A DNA stretch of 16,429 nt from a bacterium (GCA_049472335.1 JBLIRO010000098.1:1-16429); one strand, 5' to 3'. Shown: positions 1 through 9,054, numbered from the stretch's first letter. Made by a program: numbers and translations. The notes: generated by a model not told the origin, from the letters alone.

Positions 1-423
1 ATCGAGATATATGGAATTGATATTTATGGTCATATCATCGGTAACCCAATAGTAGGTGTAATGATCAACATAAATTGAACCTTTTATACTGTTTGGAAGG
101 GTGATATGGTTTCCGGAAAAGGTCCTTATATTTGCGTTTGCGTTCTCTGTTGTCCGGTAGGCGATGGAAAGCTGAAGATAGAGTCCCTCCCTGGAGTATT
201 TGTCCTTTTTAGGCAGGATATCACAGAAGCAGAGGGCAGGTCCCGCATCGTAAATCTCTATGAGATTCTGTTCCTGGTCATGATACCAGTTCGGTCCATA
301 AATCTTTGCCTGCGTTGCCCATGCTATACCACTCTGGCCAAGGACATCTGTCTCCTCCCTTTCCACAGGCCTTGGCATGATTGTTTTTTTAACCCGCGGG
401 AAAAACTCTCTTTTAAATTTCAT
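1..423 (-). CDS. Hypothetical protein, N-terminal 141 aa, continues past the window edge (MKFKREFFPRVKKTIMPRPVEREETDVLGQSGIAWATQAKIYGPNWYHDQEQNLIEIYDAGPALCFCDILPKKDKYSREGLYLQLSIAYRTTENANANIRTFSGNHITLPNSIKGSIYVDHYTYYWVTDDMTININSIYLD...)
   Basis: Manual translation gives ATG at 423 and no stop down to base 1. SD AGGAG at 437-433. In-frame TAG just upstream (438-436). Probably absent from the ORF track because it has no stop inside the window. No family recognised. Confidence 0.8.
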   Translation of the reverse strand, partial: MKFKREFFPRVKKTIMPRPVEREETDVLGQSGIAWATQAKIYGPNWYHDQEQNLIEIYDAGPALCFCDILPKKDKYSREGLYLQLSIAYRTTENANANIRTFSGNHITLPNSIKGSIYVDHYTYYWVTDDMTININSIYLD

Positions 424-437
424 GGGTGTTTTCTCCT

Positions 438-621
438 AACCAAATTTAATTTTAATATGTTCGGCTCTCGACAGCCAAAAGGTTACCATTTCAATATTAA
501 AAAAAACCAAATTTAATTTTAATATGTTCGGCTCTCGACAACCAAAAGGTTACCATTTCAATATTAAAAAAAACCAAATTTAATTTTAATATGTTCGGCA
601 CTCAACAACCAAAAGGCTACC
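438..621. repeat. Tandem direct repeat, 67-bp period, about 2.8 copies
   Basis: Units start at 438, 505 and 572 (aaccaaatttaattttaatatgttcggctctcgacaRccaaaaggttaccatttcaatattaaaaaa). Units 1 and 2 differ at one base. Unit 3 has three more substitutions and diverges after about 621. Confidence 0.97.
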
Positions 622-646
622 TTTTTAAAAATAAGGTGAAAAATAT

Positions 647-661
647 TTATAATTATTCTAG
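647..661. promoter_or_regulatory. Per/Fur-family 7-1-7 operator-like site
   Basis: TTATAAT-T-ATTCTAG matches TTANAATNATTNTAA at all but the last base and overlaps the putative -10. Confidence 0.3.
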
Positions 662-663
662 CA
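655..663 (-). promoter_or_regulatory. Putative extended -10 promoter (TGcTAGAAT) for the repeat leader and the 423->1 ORF
   Basis: The - strand reads TG-C-TAGAAT at 663-655. An alternative pair TTTACA(696-691)-16 bp-CATAAT(674-669) lies just upstream. The AT-rich background lowers specificity. Confidence 0.45.
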
Positions 664-988
664 AAGAAATTATGCCCTTAGATACTTAATTGTAAAGTGG
701 CAACAATATCTATAAAAAATATCATTTTTATTGAAAAAATTCAAGGTATTGGCCAGAGATCTCTAATTTTGTCTATAAAATCTCCTTAAAATCTGATCCT
801 AATAATACACTAAAGTTATTTGAATAAGTGATAACATTATGATAATAATAATTATTAATAGAGTAGTATTACATTTTAATGTTCTTACCAAGCAGATAAT
901 AAAGATGGAAAAAGAAGGTCTGAATCCCAATGACCCCAATTAAACTAAACGTAATTGGAATTGTTATGGAAGGATGGAGGTGGAAGTT

Positions 989-1465
989 TTGAGCATTAGA
1001 CCCACATATTTTACCAGAGAAGGATACAAGAAGCTAAAGGATGAATTGGATTTTCTGAAAGGCCAGAAGCGGCGCGAAATATCCAAACAAATAGGCGAGG
1101 CGAGGGCACATGGTGATATAAGCGAAAATGCCGAGTATGACGCAGCGAAAGAAGCCCAGGCACATGTGGAAAGAAGAATCGCGGAATTGGAGCCCAAGCT
1201 TGCCAATTTCAGGATCATTGAGGATGAGAATTTTCCGGATGACAAGGTATATATTGGGTCCAAGGTAAAGCTTCTGGATTGTGAATCTGATGAAGAGGTT
1301 TGTTATTTCCTTGTAGGGCCTGAAGAAGCAGACTATAAGGATGGAAAGATCTCAACCACGGCTCCGGTGGGGAAAGCCCTTTTAGGGCATGAGGTCGGTG
1401 ATCTGGTTGAAGTGAAAACTCCAAACGGAGTCAGGGAGTACGAGATACTCGAAATCTCGAGATAA
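989..1465 (+). CDS. greA: Transcription elongation factor GreA
   Basis: Signature ARAHGDISENAEYDAAKE and C-terminal ISTTAPVGKALLG. Start is probably TTG at 989, 7 nt after GGAGGT (976-981), rather than the track ATG at 974. Confidence 0.96.
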   Translation: MSIRPTYFTREGYKKLKDELDFLKGQKRREISKQIGEARAHGDISENAEYDAAKEAQAHVERRIAELEPKLANFRIIEDENFPDDKVYIGSKVKLLDCESDEEVCYFLVGPEEADYKDGKISTTAPVGKALLGHEVGDLVEVKTPNGVREYEILEISR

Positions 1466-1479
1466 TAATTTTATTCCCA

Positions 1480-2262
1480 TTAACCTAGAGGCAACTGTAA
1501 CCTTTCAATGCCCAGAGCAAGACCTGTTTCCGTGTCACATTTTATCAATACGGCATTGAGTGATAGATCGGTCTTGGCAATAGTGAATTTTTGAGGCACT
1601 TGTGTCAGGAATCTTTCCAAGGCCGCGTCTTTTTTTATCCCTATAATAGAGTCATAGGGCCCCGTCATGCCGACATCCGTTATATATGCAGTACCCTTCG
1701 GCAGGATCTTGGCATCCGCTGTCGGAACGTGTGTGTGGGTGCCCACAATGGCCGTTACCTGTCCATCCAGAAACCACCCCATGGCCATCTTCTCTGAGGT
1801 CGCCTCTGCGTGAATGTCCACGACAACTATTTTACAGCTTTTTTTAACTATGGGTACTATCCTTTTTGCGGCCTGAAAGGGACAATCTATACATGTCATG
1901 AATACGCGGCCCTGCAGATTCAGTACCCCTATCTTATGCCCGCCTTTGCTGTCGAAGACTCCATAAGAACGGCCGGGGGTTGCTTCGGGATAATTAGCAG
2001 GCCTCAGGAGTCTTGATTCGAGGTTCAGGACCTCGACTACCTCCTTTTTATCCCAGATATGGTTTCCGGAGGTGAGACAATCGATTCCCATATCCAGTAA
2101 TTGTTGCACAACCTTTTGGGTGACCCCGAAACCGGAGGCAGCGTTTTCCGTATTGGCTATGCAGAAATCGACCTGGTATTTGTTTATAACCGAATAGAGG
2201 AGTTCGCGAACAATCCTCCTGCCGGGTTTGCCTATAATATCTCCAATAAAAAGGATATTCAA
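1480..2262 (-). CDS. ymdB: YmdB-like metallophosphoesterase (TIGR00282 family)
   Basis: Motifs ILFIGDIIGKPG, NxENAA, TSGNHIWD, DIHAEATSEK, GTHTHV and TDVGMTGP. Usual position directly after rny. TTG start. Confidence 0.93.
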   Translation of the reverse strand: MNILFIGDIIGKPGRRIVRELLYSVINKYQVDFCIANTENAASGFGVTQKVVQQLLDMGIDCLTSGNHIWDKKEVVEVLNLESRLLRPANYPEATPGRSYGVFDSKGGHKIGVLNLQGRVFMTCIDCPFQAAKRIVPIVKKSCKIVVVDIHAEATSEKMAMGWFLDGQVTAIVGTHTHVPTADAKILPKGTAYITDVGMTGPYDSIIGIKKDAALERFLTQVPQKFTIAKTDLSLNAVLIKCDTETGLALGIERLQLPLG

Positions 2263-2277
2263 TATCTTGCCACTCGA

Positions 2278-3849
2278 TTATTTGGCATATTCCACCGCCC
2301 TTGATTCACGGATAACGGTTACCTTGATCTGCCCCGGATACTCCAGATCGTTTTCGATCTTGCCCGCAATGTCCTTTGCTACCTGAGAGATATCTTCATC
2401 TGTAAGGTTTTCAGGAATGACCATGATCCTGATCTCTCGACCTGCCTGTATGGCATAGGCATTCTCAATCCCTTTGAATGACTTGCCGATCTGCTCCAAT
2501 TTTTCCAGTCGCTTGATATAGGTCTCAAGGCTTTCCTTCCTGGCGCCGGGTCTTGCCGCTGAAAGCGCATCTGCCGCCTGGATCAAGACAGCGGTGAGGC
2601 TATTCGTCTCCTCATCCTCATGATGCGCAGCAATGGCGTTAATAACCTCCTGTGGCTCGCCATATTTTTTAGCCAATTCTGCGCCTATTTTGGGATGGGA
2701 ACCTTCCACCTCATGATCGACCCCCTTGCCTATGTCATGAAGCAAGCCCGCCCTTCTCGCCAATTGTTCATCGGTTCCCAATTCACTGGCCATTATTCCT
2801 GCCAGATAGGCAACCTCCTTGGAATGCTGGAGCACATTTTGGCCATAACTGGTCCTGTATTTGAGCCTGCCTATCAGCTTAAGCTCTTCAGGATGAAGAT
2901 TATGAACACCCAGCTCAAAGGTTATCTGCTCTCCCTCTTCCCGGATAGAATTTTCCATATCCTTCTGTGCCTTTGACACTACTTCTTCAATCCGGGCAGG
3001 ATGAATCCGCCCGTCAATGATCAGTTTTTGTAAGGCGTTTTTAGCGATCTCTCTCCGAATAGGGTCGAAACCTGAAAGGATCACGGCCTCTGGTGTGTCA
3101 TCGATGATAAGGTCTATCCCTGTGGCGAGCTCAAGTGCCCTGATATTGCGGCCCTCACGGCCAATAATCCTCCCTTTCATCTCATTATTGGGCAGGTCCA
3201 CAACAGATACTGTGGTTTCCACAACCTGATCGGCCGCATACCTTTGAATAGCAAGGCTTATAATTTCTTTGGCCTTTTTGTGTGCTATTTCCTTTGCTTC
3301 ATCCTCGATCTTTTTGATGGTCTTGGAGGCTTCTCGCCGGGCTTCGGTTTCCATATGAGATATAAGTATATTTTTAGCCTCTTCGGAGGTTAATCCTGAG
3401 ATATTCTCCAGAATTTTCCTTTCCTTTTGTATAAGATGGGTATACTCTTCCTCTTTTTCTTTAAGGTCCTTCTCACGGTTTGATATCTGCTTGATACGAT
3501 TGTTCAACTCATTCTCTTTCTTATCAAGCAAGTCAACTTTCCTGTCGATATTTTCAGCCTTTTGGGTCAATCTCTTCTCTAGATTCTGAAGTTCCACCCT
3601 CCTGTCTTTTGTTTCCTTCTCAAATTCTGCTCTCGCTTTATAAATTTGGTCCTTCGCTTCCAGAGATGCCTCTTTTAGTCTGTTATGAGCCTCCTTTTCA
3701 GCATCGGTAACCAACTTTTTAGCCATTGCTTCTGCGTTCACCAGTTTGCTTTCGGATATCTTCTTTCGGATAAAATATCCGGCAAAAACACAGAAAATCC
3801 CAAAAATAATAATTAGTAAAATACTTAGTTGGCCGGGAATTCCAAACAC
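2278..3849 (-). CDS. rny: Ribonuclease Y
   Basis: N-terminal TM helix, long coiled coil, KH domain ([14 protein letters not shown]), HD domain (LLHDIGK), [12 protein letters not shown], and C-terminal [15 protein letters not shown] start. Confidence 0.98.
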   Translation of the reverse strand: MFGIPGQLSILLIIIFGIFCVFAGYFIRKKISESKLVNAEAMAKKLVTDAEKEAHNRLKEASLEAKDQIYKARAEFEKETKDRRVELQNLEKRLTQKAENIDRKVDLLDKKENELNNRIKQISNREKDLKEKEEEYTHLIQKERKILENISGLTSEEAKNILISHMETEARREASKTIKKIEDEAKEIAHKKAKEIISLAIQRYAADQVVETTVSVVDLPNNEMKGRIIGREGRNIRALELATGIDLIIDDTPEAVILSGFDPIRREIAKNALQKLIIDGRIHPARIEEVVSKAQKDMENSIREEGEQITFELGVHNLHPEELKLIGRLKYRTSYGQNVLQHSKEVAYLAGIMASELGTDEQLARRAGLLHDIGKGVDHEVEGSHPKIGAELAKKYGEPQEVINAIAAHHEDEETNSLTAVLIQAADALSAARPGARKESLETYIKRLEKLEQIGKSFKGIENAYAIQAGREIRIMVIPENLTDEDISQVAKDIAGKIENDLEYPGQIKVTVIRESRAVEYAK

Positions 3850-3875
3850 CCCCTTAACACCCCCTTTTATAGAAT

Positions 3876-3914
3876 CGTTTCATGGAAGTCCTTTGTTTTA
3901 AGGACCCATAAACG
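3876..3914 (-). promoter_or_regulatory. Bulged stem-loop in the rny 5' leader
   Basis: The - strand reads CGTTT-ATGG-GTCCTT-(AAAACA)-AAGGAC-TT-CCAT-G-AAACG, giving 15 bp of pairing. No U-tract follows. Confidence 0.45.
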
Positions 3915-4038
3915 GAAGTTTGGTTATCAATCCAGTTTAAAATCTGTCAATTCAGCAGTTCTGATTTTATTCAAACAGCCTTGTCCAGCGGAATCATTAC
4001 ATTAACCCAATAGTCATAATCAGAATTACTACATTTAA

Positions 4039-4650
4039 TCACTTTCTACTGTTTTGTAAGGACACATGACATCTTTCACAGTCTATTACACGACTTTCGG
4101 TTATAATCTTTTTCATTTTAATATCAAAAGGCCCGCAAGGGAGATTCGATGTAATTTGAATCTCATAGGCCAGGGCCATGATCGGTTTCTTTTGAATTTT
4201 TGCCAGAAGGCGGTCGTAGTAACCACCTCCAAATCCCAGCCTCGTTCCTGAAAGATCAAAGGCAACCCCTGGTATTAAAAACAAATCGATTTCGTCAACA
4301 GAGATTAATCGTGCCCTTTCAGGCATGGGTTCTTTTATGCCGTAAGTGGAAGGGATCAGGTCTTCAATCCCGTTTTTAATTTCAGAAAGGAGCAGCCTGT
4401 TGGATTTTTTATCAATGATAGGGAAAGCCAACCTTTTTTCTTCTCTCAGGATGAGAGGGATTAGATGTTCAGTGATTACCTCGCTTCGAAAGGAGGCATA
4501 AAGAAGGCATGTTTTTGCCTTCCTGAATTCATCAAGGTTGAGAAGCCTGTTGGCTATTAAAAGACTTTTCCCTTGCCTCTCGGAGGAGGTTAGGTTGTCT
4601 CGTTTTGAGATGAATAATTTTCTGATAGCTGCCTTGGAGTCCTTTTTCAT
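4039..4650 (-). CDS. ygfA: 5-formyltetrahydrofolate cyclo-ligase
   Basis: K..IRK N-terminus, YASFRSEV, YGIKEP, IPGVAFD..GTRLGFGGGYYDRLL. Lies downstream of 6S RNA as usual. ATG at 4650 is preferred over the track start at 4680. Confidence 0.94.
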   Translation of the reverse strand: MKKDSKAAIRKLFISKRDNLTSSERQGKSLLIANRLLNLDEFRKAKTCLLYASFRSEVITEHLIPLILREEKRLAFPIIDKKSNRLLLSEIKNGIEDLIPSTYGIKEPMPERARLISVDEIDLFLIPGVAFDLSGTRLGFGGGYYDRLLAKIQKKPIMALAYEIQITSNLPCGPFDIKMKKIITESRVIDCERCHVSLQNSRK

Positions 4651-4721
4651 ATATACCCTGCTTAGGCAGGAAAAGACCAAGGCCCTTAAAATGAAGAGGA
4701 TTCAAAAAAATTGTAAGAAAA

Positions 4722-4900
4722 AGCCCCCACCCTTGTACCGTGTGAAGATTCCGATTTGAACCTGGTTTCCCAGGTGGGTGCCCTCAGAGATGTATTAAAT
4801 TTCCCTCACAGGGGCCTATTTGCTACATCCCTATATGGACTCCCGTTACGTTGGTGTTGGCTCAAAACACACTCTTCATCACGGGTACGGCAGGGGAACT
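4722..4900 (-). ncRNA. ssrS: 6S RNA
   Basis: About 180 nt between zapA and ygfA, the canonical synteny. Long end-to-end stem: 5' CCCCUGCCGUAC with 3' GUACAAGGGUGGGGG, UGAAGA/UCUUCA and UUUGAGCC/GGUUCAAA, with a central bubble next to GGGAGUCC. Ends are approximate. Confidence 0.88.
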
Positions 4901-5008
4901 TAAATTCACATTTAAATTATCCCTTTTAGACATCAAAAGGTTAAATCCTTTATAACTGGTAATCTATTATTAATTAGGCCATACATCTCCTTAAGGAGAA
5001 TGTGATGC

Positions 5009-5335
5009 CTAAGTTAAAGAAACAGGGTCACCTCTGTTCTCAGAGGCTGCATATGTTAGTGATGAATCCTCCAACATTTTTAGGATATTGGCCGTTTTTT
5101 CCTCCATAATATTTATTGTTTCCGATAATTCTGTTTTTCTCTCAAACAATTCTTCCGTTATATAAAAAGCCGCAAGAATTACCACCTTTAAAAGTGTCGC
5201 TGTAGGGGCAGCAGACCTGATCTCCCTCATCTTTGAATCCAAAAACGCAGCGATTTCTTTAACCCTTTCCGGATCTGTTTCACTTTTTATTGTATAAAGC
5301 TCACCAAGAAGTTCGACCTCAGTTGTATGTATCAC
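5009..5335 (-). CDS. zapA: Cell division protein ZapA
   Basis: Pattern VELLGELYTIKS...VKEIAAFLDSKMREI...KVVILAA. Synteny with ssrS. GTG start with a G-rich SD. Confidence 0.88.
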   Translation of the reverse strand: MIHTTEVELLGELYTIKSETDPERVKEIAAFLDSKMREIRSAAPTATLLKVVILAAFYITEELFERKTELSETINIMEEKTANILKMLEDSSLTYAASENRGDPVSLT

Positions 5336-5360
5336 TTAATTCCCCCCGGCTATTTTTGCA

Positions 5361-5618
5361 TCAGATATCCTTCAACTGATTTAACATATAAGAGACCCTT
5401 TCCTGCACTTGCTGGCGCTCTATTCTTAATTTGCGCAATTCGTCTTCAGATATCAGGGCATGCTCCAATCGCCTCTTATTATCCTTCAGTTTCCTTTGCA
5501 GATTACTTATTCTGGCCTGCAATTGCTCATTTTCCTCTCTGAGGTTTTCGACCTCTCTAATAAGGCAAATGACTCTTTCCTGGATAATATCTAGTCTCTC
5601 AAAGGGCATTTGTATCAC
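5361..5618 (-). CDS. Small coiled-coil protein, ZapB-like
   Basis: Heptad-rich (IREVENLREENEQLQARISNLQ...ERQQVQERVSYMLNQL). Located between pheT and zapA. Start may be ATG at 5609. Confidence 0.7.
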   Translation of the reverse strand: MIQMPFERLDIIQERVICLIREVENLREENEQLQARISNLQRKLKDNKRRLEHALISEDELRKLRIERQQVQERVSYMLNQLKDI

Positions 5619-5631
5619 CGAATCAGAATGT

Positions 5632-8043
5632 TTATCTCAATTCAGCGCCTAACTCAAAGTTTAACCGATCAAAAATTTGTTGATGTACATCATTTACTTT
5701 CTCATCGGTTAAAGTCCTCATATCGGAACGATAAGTCAACGAAAAAGCAAGACTCTTCTTACCTTTGGGGATTTGAGGCCCAACATAAATGTCAAAGAGT
5801 AATACATCCTTGAGTAATTCCCCGCCTTCTTCCCTAATCAGGTCTATTACCTGCTTGTATGTTATGAAATCATCAATAACAACAGCCAGGTCTCTTAATA
5901 CAGGAGGAAACTTAGGTATAGCCTGAAACTTATATCGACCGGGTCTTGCTAATTTAACTAAATGATCAAAATCCAATTCAGCCACAAACGCGGGCCTTTT
6001 CATATCAAAGACATCTTTTACATTATTTGACAATTGGCCCAAAATACCGAATCGAAGATCATTGTCCATAATCTGGATCGATGTTTCTTCATCCAGCCAG
6101 GGAACTGTAACTTCCTCAAAGCGATAGTTTCTGATTCCCATACCCTCTAAGAGCAATTCCAAGAGTCCCTTTAAATCATAGTAATCCACGTATCGCTCCG
6201 GGATTCGCCAACTCCGGTTTTGTTTCTGGCCCACCATAGCTATCCCGAGCCTTTTTCTCTCAATTGTGCGCGTTGTTTTTTCCGCAGATGGGAAAAAACA
6301 TGTACTCAATTCAAATATCTTAAGGTCCGGATTCTGCCTCGAGAGATTGAAGGCTATATTTTGGATCAGCCCCGGAACTACACTGGGTCGCAGAGAATCA
6401 TACTCTTCTGTCAAAGGATTTTGAATCTTAACAGGTACAGAAATTTCCTCATTTACCCCAATCTTAATGTTATCAAATATTAGCTTCTTTGTAAAGCTAA
6501 AATTAATAACCTCATATAGTCCTGCACCCACTAAAATTTCCCTTGTAATAGTTTCTATGCTTTGATTTTTTGATAATTTTTCTCCTGCAGGTATGCCACC
6601 TGCAGGTAAAGTTGTTGGGATACGATCATATCCATAAAATCTCGCTACTTCTTCTATCAAATCTTCTTCCTGAAAGATATCCTGTCGAAAGGAGGGAGGA
6701 AGAAAGGTAATCTCTTCATTCCTCCGGGAGAGGGGCTTAAAGGAAAGATTTTTAAGAATTCCGGATATTTTGTCACCGGAAAGATCAAGCCCCAGTACCA
6801 TATTCACCCTTTTGACGCGTAATTGTATGGGATTTTTTTCAATTCGTTTGGGATAGACATCTACGGCACCTTTGGCAGCTTTACCGCCCGCTGTTTGAAG
6901 AATCAACTGCACAGCCCGGTTTGCAGAGGCTAAAACACCTTCCGGATCTATCCCTCGTTCGAATCTTTGTGATGCCTCAGTGGACAGGCCCAGTTTCCGG
7001 GATGTTTTTCTGGTATTTTTAGGATTGAATAACGCGCTTTCAATGAGAACGTTCTTTGTATTTTCTGTTACTTCGGATTCCATCCCTCCCATGATTCCTG
7101 CCAAAGCTATGGATCGCCCGGCATCAGCGATCATGAGCATGGAAGAGTCGAGATCGCGTTCTACCCCATCCAGGGTTATAAATGCTTCTTTTGGGTTTGC
7201 AGGGCGTACGATGATCTTTTTGTCCTGAATGAGATCGTAATCAAAGGCATGAAGCGGCTGCCCTGTTTCCATGAGGACATAATTGGTCACATCGACCACA
7301 TTGTTTATGGAACGTATATCGACAGATTCCAGCCTCGCCGCCAGCCATGAAGGGGATGGCCCGATGGTGACCCCGGTAATGATCCTGGCAACATAACGAA
7401 AACAGAGATCCGGGTCCGCTATCCTGATCTCTATAAGGTTATCAATAGCTTCTCCCTCTTCGGGAAACCTGATCTCCGGAAGTTTTGCCGTTTCCCCTGT
7501 CATTGCCGCTATCTCTCTTGCAATGCCCAGATGTGAGAGGCAATCAGAACGATTAGGTGTTATATCCAGATCAAGCACTTTATCCGATATATTGAAATAA
7601 TCAGCCAGGTCCTTTCCGACAGGAGCTTCCGCGGGTAATATCATCAGGCCTGAACGGTCATCGCCCAGACCCAATTCCCACTCGGAGCATAGCATGCCTC
7701 CCGACGAAACACCTCTGATCTTTGTCCTTTTTATTTCACCGATTTTAGGAGGGCTTGCACCCGGAAGGGCCAAAGGGACCTTGTCTCCCAGCTTCATATT
7801 GGAGGCCCCGCAGACTACGGAAATCTCATGATACCCCGTATCCACATTGCAGAGGCATAGTTTGTCCGCGTTGGGATGGGGAACGATCTCTTTGATCTGA
7901 CAAATCTTACAAAGATCGAGCCCCCTTTGGAATCCTGAAACACCCCCTACCTCAAGCCCCACCATTGTTAATTTGTCTGCAAGCTCCTCGGCAGTAAAAG
8001 GGACCTTTATGTAATCCTTTAGCCATGTGTATCCAATATACAT
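5632..8043 (-). CDS. pheT: Phenylalanyl-tRNA synthetase beta subunit
   Basis: HPNADKL, VVCGASN, GMLCS, ITPNRSDCLSHLGIARE, GQPLHAFD, RFERG, DLIEEVARFYGY, and a C-terminal FDX-ACB domain. Confidence 0.99.
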   Translation of the reverse strand: MYIGYTWLKDYIKVPFTAEELADKLTMVGLEVGGVSGFQRGLDLCKICQIKEIVPHPNADKLCLCNVDTGYHEISVVCGASNMKLGDKVPLALPGASPPKIGEIKRTKIRGVSSGGMLCSEWELGLGDDRSGLMILPAEAPVGKDLADYFNISDKVLDLDITPNRSDCLSHLGIAREIAAMTGETAKLPEIRFPEEGEAIDNLIEIRIADPDLCFRYVARIITGVTIGPSPSWLAARLESVDIRSINNVVDVTNYVLMETGQPLHAFDYDLIQDKKIIVRPANPKEAFITLDGVERDLDSSMLMIADAGRSIALAGIMGGMESEVTENTKNVLIESALFNPKNTRKTSRKLGLSTEASQRFERGIDPEGVLASANRAVQLILQTAGGKAAKGAVDVYPKRIEKNPIQLRVKRVNMVLGLDLSGDKISGILKNLSFKPLSRRNEEITFLPPSFRQDIFQEEDLIEEVARFYGYDRIPTTLPAGGIPAGEKLSKNQSIETITREILVGAGLYEVINFSFTKKLIFDNIKIGVNEEISVPVKIQNPLTEEYDSLRPSVVPGLIQNIAFNLSRQNPDLKIFELSTCFFPSAEKTTRTIERKRLGIAMVGQKQNRSWRIPERYVDYYDLKGLLELLLEGMGIRNYRFEEVTVPWLDEETSIQIMDNDLRFGILGQLSNNVKDVFDMKRPAFVAELDFDHLVKLARPGRYKFQAIPKFPPVLRDLAVVIDDFITYKQVIDLIREEGGELLKDVLLFDIYVGPQIPKGKKSLAFSLTYRSDMRTLTDEKVNDVHQQIFDRLNFELGAELR

Positions 8044-8045
8044 TT

Positions 8046-9053
8046 CTAGAATTGTCTCAAGAATCTTATGTCATTGTCGAAAAAGAGGCGGATATCATCC
8101 ACCCCGTACTTTAGCATAGCCATCCTTTCCACTCCAACACCAAAAGCGAAACCCGTTACCTTCTGCGGATCATACCCCACTTCAGAAAGTACATTAGGAT
8201 GGACCATACCTGCGCCCAGTATTTCCAGCCACCCGCTTTGAGAGCAAACCCTGCATCCTTTGCCCATACATATGACACATGAAATGTCTATCTCTGCACT
8301 TGGTTCCGTGAAGGGAAAAAAGCTGGGCCTGAATCTAAGCTTTGTATCGGGTCCGAACATCTCATGAACAAAGCTTGTGAGCACACCTTTTAAATCTGCA
8401 AAAGAGACGCGATAATCAACGAGCAGCCCCTCAACCTGGTGAAACATAGGCGTATGGGAGATATCCGCGTCCCTTCGATATACCTTTCCCGGAGCAATTA
8501 TTCGGACAGGGGGGCTTTGCTTTTTCATGACCCTGATCTGGACAGGTGAAGTATGTGTTCTGAGAAGGATGTCCGGGGCCAGATAGAAAGAGTCATGCAT
8601 GTCTCTGGCCGGATGATCGTCAGGAAAATTAAGCGCTCCGAAATTGTAATAATCCGATTCAACCTCAGGGCCTTCCGCTATTTCAAAACCCAGAGAGAGA
8701 AATATCCGGTACGTCTCTTCCAGGATCTGGGTCAATGGATGCTTGCGCCCTCTCTCAGGGCGCTGTCCGGGCAGAGTAAGGTCCGGTCTAATGGCAGGTT
8801 TTACCATTACACTCTTTAATTCTTCCGCCTTGTCATCGATCTCTTTATTTATAAGGTCTTTTAGGCGGTTCAGCTTCTCGCCGAATGCGGGCCTTTCCTC
8901 CGGTGAAAGCTGCCCGATCTTCCTTATAAGGCTGGTTAACTCGCCTTTACGGCCAAGATATTTAATCTTTATTTGCGAAAGTGTTTCCGGATCCCTTGCA
9001 GACCTGATTAAGTCCTCTACTTCCCCCCTGAGGGCTTCAAGATCTAATGTCAT
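8046..9053 (-). CDS. pheS: Phenylalanyl-tRNA synthetase alpha subunit
   Basis: [48 protein letters not shown]. Confidence 0.99.
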   Translation of the reverse strand: MTLDLEALRGEVEDLIRSARDPETLSQIKIKYLGRKGELTSLIRKIGQLSPEERPAFGEKLNRLKDLINKEIDDKAEELKSVMVKPAIRPDLTLPGQRPERGRKHPLTQILEETYRIFLSLGFEIAEGPEVESDYYNFGALNFPDDHPARDMHDSFYLAPDILLRTHTSPVQIRVMKKQSPPVRIIAPGKVYRRDADISHTPMFHQVEGLLVDYRVSFADLKGVLTSFVHEMFGPDTKLRFRPSFFPFTEPSAEIDISCVICMGKGCRVCSQSGWLEILGAGMVHPNVLSEVGYDPQKVTGFAFGVGVERMAMLKYGVDDIRLFFDNDIRFLRQF

Positions 9054-9054
9054 G

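Noticed and set aside
106..516. Track ORF on the + strand (136 aa)
   Set aside because: It is antisense to the SD-bearing 423->1 ORF, has an odd Cys/Phe-rich composition and ends inside the repeats, so it is likely a shadow frame.
438..621. Repeats as a CRISPR mini-array
   Set aside because: The sequences between cores are identical rather than unique spacers, and there are no cas genes in the window.
661..677. Sigma54 promoter on the - strand (GGCA...TTGC)
   Set aside because: GG-to-GC spacing is 12 nt rather than the required 10.
4976..5010. Hairpin after zapA (ACATCTCC-TTAA-GGAGAATGT) as a terminator
   Set aside because: No U-tract follows on the - strand. It may be a processing stem, but there is no support for a call.
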